DNA of 64,000 bases from an uncultured Actinomycetota bacterium (GCA_963742815.1 CAVUNJ010000008.1:84925-148924); one strand, 5' to 3'. Shown: positions 27,002 to 37,221, counted from the first letter of the stretch. Translations and numbers: made by a program. Notes: generated by a model from the letters alone, not told the origin.

Positions 27002-27451
27002 GTGAGTTCGAGACCAACCCCCGGGCTGCCGCCCGCGATCAGGCTCCTCGACCTGCGCGAGGTCGCGCTCGATCCGGCCGAGGTTCTGGCGGTGGTCGAC
27101 GACCCCGCTGCTGGTGGGGTGAACCTGTTCGTCGGCGTGGTCCGGGACCACGACCGCGGCGAGTCGGTCGACCATCTCGACTACACCGCGCACCCGACTG
27201 CGCTGAAGCGGCTCGAGGAGGTCGCCACGGGCGTGAGCGAGGAGTTCGAGGTGATCGCACTCGCAGCGGTTCACCGGACCGGCCGCCTCGAGATCGGCGA
27301 CATCGCCGTGGTGGTGGCAGTCTCGGCCGCCCACCGCGGCCAGGCGTACGACGCGTCGCGTGCGCTCATCGACCGCCTGAAGGCCACCCTCCCGGTGTGG
27401 AAGCACCAGGTCTTCGGCGACGGCCGCGAGGAGTGGGTCAACTCTCCGTAG
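27002..27451 (+). CDS. moaE: Molybdopterin synthase catalytic subunit
   Basis: FVGVVRDH, L.Y.AHP.A, VHRTGRLEIG, SAAHRGQA, LKATLPVWKHQ. Confidence 0.92.
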   Translation: MSSRPTPGLPPAIRLLDLREVALDPAEVLAVVDDPAAGGVNLFVGVVRDHDRGESVDHLDYTAHPTALKRLEEVATGVSEEFEVIALAAVHRTGRLEIGDIAVVVAVSAAHRGQAYDASRALIDRLKATLPVWKHQVFGDGREEWVNSP

Positions 27452-27570
27452 GAAGCGGAGGCGGTCGAACTAACAACCCGCTTTGTGGAGTCCTACCCGC
27501 ACCAGGTGCATGCAGGACTCCACTGATCGGGCTTGGGGGTCGCGTGCGGTACGCCGCCTGGGAAGGGACC

Positions 27571-27683
27571 GCCGAGACGGCGCGTGTGTCCCGGAAACGA
27601 TCGCCCAGACGGCTGCAATGTTCATCCGCCCCGTGCATCCCAGCAGTCACGGCGCGTCTGAGTGGGACACGGGCGCCGTCTCG
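27571..27683. repeat. Inverted pair of REP-like repeats (same family as 36915-37095)
   Basis: GCCGAGACGGCGCGTGTGTCCCG (27571-27593) and GGGACACGGGCGCCGTCTCG (27664-27683). Confidence 0.85.
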
Positions 27684-27710
27684 ACGGGTCGGGTCACAGC
27701 CAGCGGACGG

Positions 27711-28202
27711 CTACCGCGGGTCGGGGACGTAGATGTTGTCGTGCTTGGAGAAGAACGCGTCCTTCTCCGCGGGGGTCATCTGCTTGATCTCGAGCAGGCC
27801 CTCGAAGTACTGCTCACGCGGGGCGCCGGGCGCGAACAGGATCAGCATCGAGGCCGCCTCATCGGTGTCGTTCTGAAACGCGTGCAGGCCACCCGGCGGG
27901 ACATAGAGGTAGTCGCCGGAGCTTGCCGACACCGTGCGGGCACCGTCGGAGAGAGCCACGGTCCCGGAGAGTACGAAGAACGACTCGCTGAACGTCCGGT
28001 GGAAGTGCAGCGCTGGTCCGCCGGGGCCGGGCGCCATGTTCCAGCGGTAGAGACCGAAGCCCATACCGGTGGTGTCGCCGGTCGCGAGATAGTCGACGGT
28101 CGTGCCGTTGGGGTAGGCGATGTCCGCTGGTGCGTCCGTGGGCCGCAGCCGGGCCGAGATCTCACCGGAGTCGCCGTGGTAGATGGGGTCTGGGTAGCTC
28201 AT
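27711..28202 (-). CDS. Cupin-domain protein
   Basis: PALHFHRTFSESFFVLSG...YVPPGGLHAF cupin motifs; start ATG 28202. Confidence 0.88.
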   Translation of the reverse strand: MSYPDPIYHGDSGEISARLRPTDAPADIAYPNGTTVDYLATGDTTGMGFGLYRWNMAPGPGGPALHFHRTFSESFFVLSGTVALSDGARTVSASSGDYLYVPPGGLHAFQNDTDEAASMLILFAPGAPREQYFEGLLEIKQMTPAEKDAFFSKHDNIYVPDPR

Positions 28203-28300
28203 ACCGGTCGATGATGCACCCATGTAGACGACCGGTGCCGGTACCCGGTGGCGGCGTGTTGTGGCCGCCACGGCCGCTGCGTGTCGGCATCATGTGACCC

Positions 28301-28594
28301 GTGGAGATCCTGTTCTGGTGGCTGCCGCCTGCGGTCGTGACCCTGGTCGCGATGCTGTGGGTCAGCTGGCTGGGCCGAGCCCGCGACGTGAGCCCCGACC
28401 GGTCCGACGCCGCGCAGGAACGCTTCGCGGCGGCGATCATGCGAGACCTGCCCAGCGAGGTCACCAACCGAGTGAGTGCGCCCCGCCCGATGCGCGAGCG
28501 CAGCACCGGAATCGCCGTACGCCCCTCCCAGAAGCCGCCTGCAACGGGTGAGCGCACGCCAGAGCCGGGCGACGGCTCCCGTCGCTCCGCCTGA
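28301..28594 (+). CDS. Small N-terminally membrane-anchored hypothetical protein
   Basis: Hydrophobic N-terminus ILFWWLPPAVVTLVAMLWVSWL; co-oriented with the downstream operon. Confidence 0.6.
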   Translation: MEILFWWLPPAVVTLVAMLWVSWLGRARDVSPDRSDAAQERFAAAIMRDLPSEVTNRVSAPRPMRERSTGIAVRPSQKPPATGERTPEPGDGSRRSA

Positions 28595-28649
28595 CGAATC
28601 GCACCGGGGCCGCCCTCGTTCGGTTGTCGCCCAGTGAGAGGCTTGCGTC

Positions 28650-29744
28650 ATGCCCGGGCCCGCAGACTTTCGCCTGAGTCGCGGCACCAAGGCCGGACTG
28701 CTCGCGGTCGTGCTCGTGGTCGTGCTCTCGGCCATCGCTCTGCGCCAGCCGGTGCCGTACGTGACGTTCTCGCCCGGTCCGACGGTCAACGTGCTCGGCA
28801 AGTACGAGAAGAAGGACATCATCAGCGTCTCGGGCCGTGCGTCCTACCGCGATGACGGCGGCCTTCGGCTCACCACCGTCATACCGAGTGGGCCGGACAA
28901 GTCCAAGGACAAGGTGAGCATCCCCCAAGTGATCAGGGCCTGGCTCGATCCCGACACTGCGGTCTATCCCCGTGAGGCGATCTACCCCGACACCGCAACG
29001 AAGGAGAGTGTCCGCGAGGAGTCCACAGCCCAGATGGACTCCTCCCAGGACGACGCAGTGGCGGCTGCCCTGCGAGCGCTGGACATCTCCTTCAAGACCG
29101 GGGTGCGGGTCGCTCAGGTGGAGAAGGGTGGTCCCGCCGACGGCAAGCTCGAAGCGGGCGACGTCGTGCTCGCTGTCGACGACAGCAAGGTGCAGACCCT
29201 CGAGGCGTTGACCCGGCTCATCCGGGCCCGGCCCATCGGGTCCGAGGTCAAGCTCGAGGTGAGACGGAAGAGCAAGGTGCTGAAACGGACGCTCACGACC
29301 ACCCGCTCGAGTGTGGACGCGAAGGACAGCGCCGTGCGGATTGGTGTCGAACCCTGTTGCTATGAGTTTCCCTTCGACGTCGACCTGAACCTCGACGAGA
29401 GCATCGGTGGACCCTCGGGCGGGCTGATGTTCGCCCTGGGCATCTACGACGTACTGACGCCCGGCTCTCTCACGCAGGGCAAGGTCATCGCAGGGACCGG
29501 TGAGATCGACGCGCAGGGCAACGTCGGCGGGATCGGCGGGATCCAGCAGAAGCTCGTCGGTGCGAACGCCGACGGGGCCAAGTTGTTCCTGGTGCCGTCG
29601 GCCAACTGCGCCGAGGTCCTGGACGCGCAGAACGACCCCGAGGAGATGCGGCTCGTGAAGGTGACCACGCTCGAGGAGGCGATCGGGGACGTGCAGGCCT
29701 GGGCGAAGGACCCTGACGCGAAGATGGCGAGGTGCACGAAGTGA
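28650..29744 (+). CDS. PDZ-domain Lon-like (S16, YlbL) protease
   Basis: N-terminal TM, SPGPT, PDZ region, IGGPSGGLMFAL (catalytic Ser), GGIQQK (catalytic Lys). Confidence 0.92.
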   Translation: MPGPADFRLSRGTKAGLLAVVLVVVLSAIALRQPVPYVTFSPGPTVNVLGKYEKKDIISVSGRASYRDDGGLRLTTVIPSGPDKSKDKVSIPQVIRAWLDPDTAVYPREAIYPDTATKESVREESTAQMDSSQDDAVAAALRALDISFKTGVRVAQVEKGGPADGKLEAGDVVLAVDDSKVQTLEALTRLIRARPIGSEVKLEVRRKSKVLKRTLTTTRSSVDAKDSAVRIGVEPCCYEFPFDVDLNLDESIGGPSGGLMFALGIYDVLTPGSLTQGKVIAGTGEIDAQGNVGGIGGIQQKLVGANADGAKLFLVPSANCAEVLDAQNDPEEMRLVKVTTLEEAIGDVQAWAKDPDAKMARCTK

Positions 29745-30289
29745 GCCCGATACAGGATCCTTCGGCTGCGCTCGCCGACGCGGTGCGGGAGGTGGAGGCG
29801 CACGCCTCGCGCTCGGGATGGGACCAACCGGCGCAGCTCTTCGCGTTGGTGGAGACCTCAGACCTCGTGCAGCGCGAGCCGCACCTCGCCGAGCTGCTGG
29901 GAGTGCAGGCGCAGGACCACGGCCTGACCCCGGTGGAGCAGGAGACCACCTCGGAGAGCCTCGAGGAGCTGCTCGCGAGCATCCTGTGGCCGCCGGAGGT
30001 GGCGGGTTGTGCCGTGGTCCTGGAGGCGATGACTGTGCCGCCGGACGCGAGCCAGCTTCCGCCGGAGGCCGAGGCTGCGGCGGAGTACGCCGCGGCCCAT
30101 CCCGACCGTGAGGAAGCACGCATCGTCGCGGGAGCCCTGCGCACCGGAGAGGGGTTCTGCGCGATCCGGCAGCGAGCGCACGACGACGACGACATGGTGC
30201 TTGCTGGGCCAGATCTTGTACCTGCCCTTCTAGAGTTGCTGTACACCACCCTCGAACCAGATGTCGGAGACCCCCGAGACAATGAGTGA
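29741..30289 (+). CDS. PPA1309-family protein
   Basis: GWDQPAQLFALV, I.WPPEVAGCA, HPDREEAR, GPDLVPAL; conserved position between the PDZ protease and UPF0182. Confidence 0.8.
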   Translation: MSPIQDPSAALADAVREVEAHASRSGWDQPAQLFALVETSDLVQREPHLAELLGVQAQDHGLTPVEQETTSESLEELLASILWPPEVAGCAVVLEAMTVPPDASQLPPEAEAAAEYAAAHPDREEARIVAGALRTGEGFCAIRQRAHDDDDMVLAGPDLVPALLELLYTTLEPDVGDPRDNE

Positions 30290-33248
30290 CTTCTTCGCAC
30301 AAGAGCCAGCGGGTGCGCCCGCCGGTGGCGAACCCGGAGGTCGGCCTCCCGGCCGGGTCCCGCGCGGACCTCGTCGCCCCAGGCCGCTGTTGCTCACCGT
30401 CATCGTCGTCGGGCTGGTGGTCATCGGGTTCTCGCTGTTCGCGGGCATCTGGACCGACAAGCTGTGGTTCGGCAGCATCGGCTACAGCGAGGTGTTCTCG
30501 AAGCTGATCTGGACGCGCGTGCTGCTCTTCGCCGCATTCGGCGGGTTCATGGCCCTGGTGGTGGGGCTGAACCTGTTCCTCGCCTTCCGGCTCCGTCCGA
30601 TGTTCCGGCCACACTCGCCCGAGCAGGCCAACCTGGAGCGCTACCGCGAGGTCGTCACCCCGATGCGCCGACTGCTGCTGGTCGGCGTGAGCGTGATCTT
30701 CGGGATCTTCGCCGGAGTCTCGGCCACCGGCAAGTGGCGCACGTTCCTGCTCTGGACCAACCGCGAGGAGTTCGGCAAGGCCGACCCGTACTTCCACAAG
30801 GACATCGGCTTCTACGTCTTCAGTCTTCCCTGGCTGCACTTCCTCATCGATTTCGCGATGACCGCAGTCTTCACCGCCCTGCTGCTCGCGGCGGTCGTGC
30901 ACTACCTCTACGGCGGCATCCGGCTGCAGTCCGCGACGGACAAGGTCTCCGGCGCTGCGCAGGCGCAGCTCTCTGCGCTGTTCGGGGTGTTCCTGCTGCT
31001 CAAGGGCCTCGACTACTGGCTGGACCGGTTCGACCTGACCTCACAGACCGGCGGCATCGTCACCGGCATGACCTACACCCGTGACCATGCGGTGCTCCCG
31101 TCGAAGAACATCTTGATGTTCATCGCGGTGATCTGCGCGGTGCTGTTCTTTGCGAACATCCTGCGGCGCACCTGGTTGCTGCCCGGCGTCGGGCTGGCCT
31201 TGTTCGCTGTCTCGGCCGTCCTGCTCGGAGCAGTGTGGCCGGGCCTGATGCAGCGGTTCCAGGTCAAGCCCGACGAGCCGGACAAGGAAGCGCCGTACAT
31301 CAGCAAGAACATCCAGGCCACCAGATCCGCGTTCGGCCTCGAGGACACCACGGTCAGGAACTACGACGCCCAGACCAAGCTGTCGCAGGCGCAGCTCAGC
31401 ACCGACGCCGCCTCGCTTCCGGGCATCCGGCTGGTCGACCCCCAGCTGGTCTCGCGCACGTTCGAACAGCTCCAGCAGGTGCGCGGCTACTACAGCGTCC
31501 CGGGTGTGCTGGACGTCGACCGCTACCCGGTCAACGGCCAGGAGCGCGACGTCGTCATCGCGGCGCGCGAGATGCACCTCGAAGGCCTTCCCGACGGACA
31601 GAAGAAGTGGGCGAACGAGAAGACCGTCTACACCCACGGCTTCGGCCTGATCGCTGCCTTCGGCAACCAGCGCAACACTGGAGACCAGCCGGTTGGCAAC
31701 GACGGCGAGCCGGTGTGGGCCGAGGAGGACCTGCCGCCCCGGGGCGCGATCAGCGACTCGCAGGGCGATGACGGATACCGGCCGCAGATCTACTTCGGTG
31801 AGCAGAGCCCGCCGTACTCGATCGTCGGCAAGGCGCCCGGCGGCAACGACATCGAGCTCGACATCCCGCAGGGAGACGGCGATCCCGGCCAGTCCAAGAC
31901 CAACACCTACGAGGGCAAGGACGGCGTCGGTGTCGGCAACATCTTCCGCAAGCTGCTCTATGCCGTGCATTTCGGCGACGCCAACATCGTGCTGTCCTCG
32001 CGAGTCAACGAGAACAGCAAGATCCTCTACGACCGCTCGCCGCGCGAGCGGGTGCAGAAGGTCGCGCCCTGGCTGACCATGGACTCCGACGCACTGCCGG
32101 CAGTGGTCGACGGCAAGATCGTGTGGATCCTCGACGGCTACACCACCAGCGACAAGTACCCGCTGGCGGAGAAGGACTCGCTACAGGAGATGACCTCCGA
32201 CGCGGTCAACCCGCGTTCGGCGTACGCCACCTTGCCGACCGACCAGATCAACTACATGCGCAACGCGGTCAAGGCCACGGTCGATGCCTACGACGGCACT
32301 GTGAAGCTCTACGAGTGGGACACCAGCGACCCGATCCTGAAGGTCTGGAAGAAGGCGTTCCCGGGTGTCGTGGAGAGCAAGAGCGAGATTCCCGAGGCAC
32401 TGCTCGAGCACATGCGCTACCCCGAGGACCTGTTCAAGGTGCAGCGGGAGATGCTGGCGGCCTACCACGTGCTCGACCCGAAGACGTTCTACGAGGGCAA
32501 CGACCAGTGGGACGTTCCGCAGGACACCTCGGCCTCGACCCGCAAGCAGCCGCCGTACCGTCTCTCGGTCGCGACCACGTCGGGCGACGAGCCGGAGTTC
32601 TCGCTGACCAGTGTCTATGTCCCGCAGAAGAAGCAGAACCTCGCCTCCTACATGTCGGTGGGAGCCGACGCCGCCAAGCCGGACACCTACGGGAAGTTCC
32701 AGATCCTGCGGCTACCCGACAACACCCAGGTACCGGGGCCGGGTCAGATCGCCAACCAGTTCCAGCGTGACGACAAGGTGGCGCAGCAGCTGCTCGCCTT
32801 CAAGCGCGCGGACGTCACCGCCGAGTACGGCAACCTGCTCACCCTGCCGGTCGGCAGCGGGCTGCTCTACGTCCAGCCGCTGTACACCGTGCGCGAGGGG
32901 GGTGCCGGTAACTACCCGGGCCTGACCTTCGTCCTCGTCTCCTTCGGCAAGGAGGTCGGGATCGGGCCAACGCTCGCGGCCGCGCTGCAGGACGTGGTCT
33001 CACGTGCGGCCGGCACTGGCTCCACGCCGATCGACTCCGGCGGCGACCCGGACCCCGAGCCCGACTCTGGCGGAGACACGCAGAATCTTCCGGTTGCCGC
33101 GCTCAGGCTCCTGCAGCAGGCCGACCGCAAGTTCACCGAGGCCGACACTGCCCTGAAGGCAGGGGACCTGGAGGGCTACGCCAAGGCCGTCGACGAGGCC
33201 AGGGCCCTGGTGCAGCGGGCGCTCACCGCCAAGCCTCCGGCTCCCTAA
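30282..33248 (+). CDS. UPF0182 family membrane protein
   Basis: WTDKLWF, DP.FHKDIGFYVF.LP, YTHGFG, RVQKVAPWL..D, NYMRNAVKATVDAYDG, YPEDLFKVQR. Confidence 0.95.
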   Translation: MSDFFAQEPAGAPAGGEPGGRPPGRVPRGPRRPRPLLLTVIVVGLVVIGFSLFAGIWTDKLWFGSIGYSEVFSKLIWTRVLLFAAFGGFMALVVGLNLFLAFRLRPMFRPHSPEQANLERYREVVTPMRRLLLVGVSVIFGIFAGVSATGKWRTFLLWTNREEFGKADPYFHKDIGFYVFSLPWLHFLIDFAMTAVFTALLLAAVVHYLYGGIRLQSATDKVSGAAQAQLSALFGVFLLLKGLDYWLDRFDLTSQTGGIVTGMTYTRDHAVLPSKNILMFIAVICAVLFFANILRRTWLLPGVGLALFAVSAVLLGAVWPGLMQRFQVKPDEPDKEAPYISKNIQATRSAFGLEDTTVRNYDAQTKLSQAQLSTDAASLPGIRLVDPQLVSRTFEQLQQVRGYYSVPGVLDVDRYPVNGQERDVVIAAREMHLEGLPDGQKKWANEKTVYTHGFGLIAAFGNQRNTGDQPVGNDGEPVWAEEDLPPRGAISDSQGDDGYRPQIYFGEQSPPYSIVGKAPGGNDIELDIPQGDGDPGQSKTNTYEGKDGVGVGNIFRKLLYAVHFGDANIVLSSRVNENSKILYDRSPRERVQKVAPWLTMDSDALPAVVDGKIVWILDGYTTSDKYPLAEKDSLQEMTSDAVNPRSAYATLPTDQINYMRNAVKATVDAYDGTVKLYEWDTSDPILKVWKKAFPGVVESKSEIPEALLEHMRYPEDLFKVQREMLAAYHVLDPKTFYEGNDQWDVPQDTSASTRKQPPYRLSVATTSGDEPEFSLTSVYVPQKKQNLASYMSVGADAAKPDTYGKFQILRLPDNTQVPGPGQIANQFQRDDKVAQQLLAFKRADVTAEYGNLLTLPVGSGLLYVQPLYTVREGGAGNYPGLTFVLVSFGKEVGIGPTLAAALQDVVSRAAGTGSTPIDSGGDPDPEPDSGGDTQNLPVAALRLLQQADRKFTEADTALKAGDLEGYAKAVDEARALVQRALTAKPPAP

Positions 33249-34662
33249 GGTCGGGTCCCTGGCCCGCCTGACGCTGTCGCGCGAGCTCGGCGAGCCTTGC
33301 GAGTGCCTTCGGGAAGATCTCGGCGGGGGGCGTGACCAGCCCGGCACCTACCTGACCCACTCCCGCCAGGCGGCCGGCCATGCCGGTGTTGATCTGCGGG
33401 AGGATCCCGGTGCGGCACACGCGAGTGACGTCGATGCCACTCGGCACGCCCTGGAACTCCAGGGCCGGCACCGACCAGCGCGGGTTCTCACCGAGGGTGA
33501 TCTCGTGCATCCTCCGAGTGGTGGCGAGTGCGTCGGGAACCGAGCCACCGACCAGCCGGACGATCGCCGGCGCGGTGGCCATCGCGAACCCGCCGATCCC
33601 GGCGGTTTCGGTGATTGCCGAGTCGCCGATGTCCGGGTTGGCGTCGTCCGGCCCGTAGTCACCGAGGTAGAGGCCGTCGGCCACCTGGGCCGGTCCGGTG
33701 AACCACTCGTCGCCCGTGCCGGCGGTCTGGATGCCGAACTCGGTGCCGTTGCGTGACATCGCCACGACCATCGTCGAGCCCGGGGTGCCGCGGGCGGCGT
33801 CCAGCGCGAGCTTGCAGGCCGGCATCGCGAGGTTCAGGAAGAAGTGGTCGTTGCCGCCGACGAAGCGCAGACCGGCGGCGACGTCAGCCGCGTCCATCCC
33901 GCTGGTGACCATCGCGGGCGCGAGGTCGCGCAGGAGCATCAAGGTGCCCGCCCGGTTGCGGTTGTGCGCCTCGTCGCCCATCTGCAGCATCTGGGTGAGG
34001 ATGCCCGTCACGTCGACAGGTCCGCCATCCTCCACCGTCGTACGGACCGCTCGCTGCAGGAGCGGTCCGAGGACGTCGTTCATCCAGTGCAACCGGGTGA
34101 GCACCTCGGGGCCGTACGCGCCGTACCGCAGCACCTTGCCCAGGCCCTCGTTGAGTGAGCAGTGCGTACGACGCCCGGTGGTCGGGTCCTCGAGAACGAA
34201 CATCCACATGCTCGGCGTCACGACCCCGGCCATCGGTCCGACTGTGCTGCGGTGGTGGCAGGGCTCGAGCGAGACAGACGTACCCGCCTCGAAGAGAGCG
34301 ACAGCGTCCTCCGGGTCGGCGACGAGGCCTTCGAGGGCAGCCGATCCCATCAGGGCTCCCCGAAGCGGGCCAGAGGCCGTCGCCCAGCTGATCGGGGGCC
34401 CTGCATGCAGGAACTCTCCGGGCTGCAGATTGAGTACGTCGGATGCGGGCGCGACGTCGACCAGCTGGGCTGTCGTGCGGAGCAGGGCGGAGAGTGCACT
34501 CGAGTTCGCATCGCGGCGCAGCGGGTCGGCCGCCAGGGTGGCGAGGTCACGCTCGGTTCCCGGCATCGGGGGGCGCCAGTCGACCCTGGTGACGCCGACG
34601 GCCTGGGCGGAGACCGCGTCGGCGAAGAGGTCGGCGCCCACGTTGACGACATGTGCGGTCAT
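33223..34662 (-). CDS. DUF1116 protein, YlbE/AllG-like carbamoyltransferase subunit
   Basis: LHAGPPI, PCHH...VGPMAGV, LNEGLGKVLRYGA, MGDEAHNRN, FFLNLAM, NGTEFGI, PDIGDSAITE, PQINTG. Confidence 0.9.
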   Translation of the reverse strand: MTAHVVNVGADLFADAVSAQAVGVTRVDWRPPMPGTERDLATLAADPLRRDANSSALSALLRTTAQLVDVAPASDVLNLQPGEFLHAGPPISWATASGPLRGALMGSAALEGLVADPEDAVALFEAGTSVSLEPCHHRSTVGPMAGVVTPSMWMFVLEDPTTGRRTHCSLNEGLGKVLRYGAYGPEVLTRLHWMNDVLGPLLQRAVRTTVEDGGPVDVTGILTQMLQMGDEAHNRNRAGTLMLLRDLAPAMVTSGMDAADVAAGLRFVGGNDHFFLNLAMPACKLALDAARGTPGSTMVVAMSRNGTEFGIQTAGTGDEWFTGPAQVADGLYLGDYGPDDANPDIGDSAITETAGIGGFAMATAPAIVRLVGGSVPDALATTRRMHEITLGENPRWSVPALEFQGVPSGIDVTRVCRTGILPQINTGMAGRLAGVGQVGAGLVTPPAEIFPKALARLAELARQRQAGQGPDLREPEAWR

Positions 34663-36158
34663 GACGGCTGCCCCATCAGCTCAAGTGCTCGCCGGGTTGC
34701 CCCAGCATTGGAGAGGTGCACCTCGGCGCCGGCGTCGACCAGTAGCCCCACCTGGCGGACCAGGTCCTGCGGGTCGGCCCGGGTGCCGACCACCGTGACG
34801 ACAACCGGCTGACGGATCGACTCGATCGCCACGGCAAGCGTGGACGCCGGATCTGGCTCGGCGCCGTGGCCCAGCACGACGTCGAGCAGGATCACCGCAG
34901 TCTCGTCGTCGTACGCCACCTGGGCCAGGTGCTCCAGCCGCAGGCTGGGGTCGATCATCGGATGCGCCCGCCCCGCGGTCAGCGCGTCGTCGCCGAAATC
35001 GACCATGGTGTGGTGCGCCGGAGCCGGCTTGTGTGGGTCGAGCGTGAGGCCGCGGTCCAGGGGGATGTTGCTGTGGACCGGGCCGAGCTCGGCCGACGCG
35101 ATCAGCATCGCCTCGTCACACAGCGTGCCACCGACGAACAGGCCACGCAGCCAGCGACCCGATGAGTGAGCCGAGGCCGCCGTCAGCGGGGTGGCCGGTG
35201 CGCGCACCGGCCAGTCCGGTACTCCACGGCCGAGACTGGCCAGGACCGACTCGGCCGTGGCGGTGAGGTCGGGTTGGCCCGGCCCGAGCAGGGCGAGCCT
35301 GACAGGCGTCGAGAGCCCGGACGCCCGGGACCGGACTGCGTCGGCGACTTTCTCGTCGGGGGGCTTGGAGACCATCACGATGAGCTCCACATCGGGATCG
35401 GCGTCCAGCCGCTCCAGCGCTGCCAAGGTTGAGGCTCCGCCAATTTCCGCGGACAGGTCGCGCCCGCCCACGCCGAGTGCGGACTTCACGCCCACCTCGG
35501 CGTGGTCCAGCAGGGCGAGCAGCTGCTGGCAGCCGGTGCCGGAGGCGGCGACGATGCCCACCGGTCCGGGCTGCACGATGTTGGCGAAGCCGAGGCCGAT
35601 GCCGTCCACCACAGCGGTACCGCAGTCGGGGCCCATGACCAACAGCCCACGCTCGGACGCGACGCGCTTGAGCTCCACCTCCTGCTCGACCGGCACGTTG
35701 TCGCTGAAGATCATCACGTCACAACCGGCGTCGAGGGCATCCATCGCCTCCACCATCGCGTGAGCCCCGGGCACGGACACCAGCACGAGCCCGTCGGTGA
35801 CCCCCCGCAGCGCCGTGGCAGTCGTACGCGGCAGGGCCTGGTCGCGGGGTCCTTCCGCCGGGCTCTTCATGTCCTGCAGTGCGGCGTCGACGCCGGCCAG
35901 GGCGCGGTCGAGGGCCTCGGGGTCCTCCAGGCTTAAGGCGACGACCATGTCGTTGGGAGTGGCCTCCGGCGGGACGACGAAGCCCATCTGGCCGAGGACC
36001 TCGAGGTTGAGGGTGGTCGCCATCGCCACCTGCGCAGCGGCGACCCCGGCGATCCCCTGTACGACCCTGCTGACCTGGAGCAGCCTGACCGAGTCGGCGT
36101 ACGCACCCGGGCGCAGCTCGACGTGGACGAGCCCGTCTCCGCTCACGCTGGCACTCAC
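34659..36158 (-). CDS. fdrA: FdrA/AllF-like subunit (acyl-CoA synthetase fold)
   Basis: YADSV, LVSVPG, VMIFSDNV, MGPDCGT, AASGTG, SKPP, GLFVGGTLCDEA, DFGDD.LT.GRAHPMIDP; GTG 36158 overlaps the upstream stop. Confidence 0.9.
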   Translation of the reverse strand: MSASVSGDGLVHVELRPGAYADSVRLLQVSRVVQGIAGVAAAQVAMATTLNLEVLGQMGFVVPPEATPNDMVVALSLEDPEALDRALAGVDAALQDMKSPAEGPRDQALPRTTATALRGVTDGLVLVSVPGAHAMVEAMDALDAGCDVMIFSDNVPVEQEVELKRVASERGLLVMGPDCGTAVVDGIGLGFANIVQPGPVGIVAASGTGCQQLLALLDHAEVGVKSALGVGGRDLSAEIGGASTLAALERLDADPDVELIVMVSKPPDEKVADAVRSRASGLSTPVRLALLGPGQPDLTATAESVLASLGRGVPDWPVRAPATPLTAASAHSSGRWLRGLFVGGTLCDEAMLIASAELGPVHSNIPLDRGLTLDPHKPAPAHHTMVDFGDDALTAGRAHPMIDPSLRLEHLAQVAYDDETAVILLDVVLGHGAEPDPASTLAVAIESIRQPVVVTVVGTRADPQDLVRQVGLLVDAGAEVHLSNAGATRRALELMGQPS

Positions 36159-36853
36159 GCGGTAGCCCCGAGCGATGTGTCGATCTCCGAAGTGGCCCAG
36201 CGAGCACCCTCGAGCAGCCCGGCGCCGGTCGAGTGTCCGACCGCCAGCAAGTCTCTCTCGGCAGCGGTCTGTGCGGCCGAACCGATCGCCGTGATGTAGG
36301 TCGCGAACTGGGGGATCACCTCGCCGTACATGGCGCATTCGAGCAGGGTCGCGGACAGCACCGTGGTGTGCTCGCTCCTCGTCCGGATCGCCTCGTCGAC
36401 GTCGGGGGTGGGGATACCGGCCGCGCGGTGCAGGGCCAGCCAGCCGCAGAGCACGTCGTCACCCCGGGGTGTCAGCCCATCGCCGGCACCGACCAGGCGC
36501 CCGACAGTGCGGGTGTCCAGCGCGGCCACAGGCATGGGGTGGTGGGCGGGTCGCCGCGGGCGCCAGGCTGGTACGCCGACGTACCGCATCCTGCCGATCA
36601 CGAGCGGGACTCCCGAAAGGTGCAGCACGCCGGCCCGGATGTACGCCGGACCGGCTCCGAGCGCCGCCAGGTCGTCGGTGCGAGCGCCGAGTGCGCAAGG
36701 GACCTCGACGGCGTGCTGGTCGACGACCCCGACGCACCAGCCGCCCACGTCGACGTACACCGCGTGGGCGCCGCGGTGGAGGACCCGGACAGGCCCCGAT
36801 GGTGCTCTGCGCAACCGGGCGAAGACCCGGGGCGGGGCGCTGACTGGGACCAC
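36155..36853 (-). CDS. DUF2877 protein, YlbF/AllH-like
   Basis: LVGAGDGLTPRGDDVLCG, TTVLSATLL, VGHSTG. Confidence 0.82.
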   Translation of the reverse strand: MVPVSAPPRVFARLRRAPSGPVRVLHRGAHAVYVDVGGWCVGVVDQHAVEVPCALGARTDDLAALGAGPAYIRAGVLHLSGVPLVIGRMRYVGVPAWRPRRPAHHPMPVAALDTRTVGRLVGAGDGLTPRGDDVLCGWLALHRAAGIPTPDVDEAIRTRSEHTTVLSATLLECAMYGEVIPQFATYITAIGSAAQTAAERDLLAVGHSTGAGLLEGARWATSEIDTSLGATA

Positions 36854-36867
36854 GTCACCTCACGCTA

Positions 36868-37131
36868 GACCTGTGGACCCGGTATGCACCACGCCGTCCC
36901 CGTCACCCAATTACGCCGAGACGGCGCCAATGTCTCACCAGAACTCGGCGAGACGGCGCCAATGTCCCACCAGCGCGGGGACACAGGCGCCGTCTCGGCG
37001 GTCTATCGCGGGACACAAGCGCCGTCTCGGCGGTCTATCGCGGGACACAGGCGCCGTCTCGGTGGCGTATCGCGGGACACAAGCGCCGTCTCGGCATGTG
37101 CGTGGACCTGTGGACCCGGTATGCACCACGC
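36868..37131. repeat. REP/BIME-like array (2 + 4 inverted units, 32-bp period) bracketed by an exact 27-bp direct repeat
   Basis: GACCTGTGGACCCGGTATGCACCACGC at 36868-36894 and 37105-37131; units (G)CGAGACGGCGCCAATGTC at 36915 and 36947; CGCGGGACACA(G/A)GCGCCGTCTCGG at 36974, 37007, 37039 and 37071. Confidence 0.92.
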
Positions 37132-37221
37132 GGCGTTCCTGCGACATCCATCGCCCGCGACGCGGTGTCATGGATGACTAGGTTGTGGTTTCTCGGAACC
37201 ACCGAGTGAGGAGGAACTGCC

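Noticed and set aside
36915-37095. CRISPR array
   Set aside because: Linkers are only about 9 bp and repetitive, the units change orientation, and there are no cas genes.
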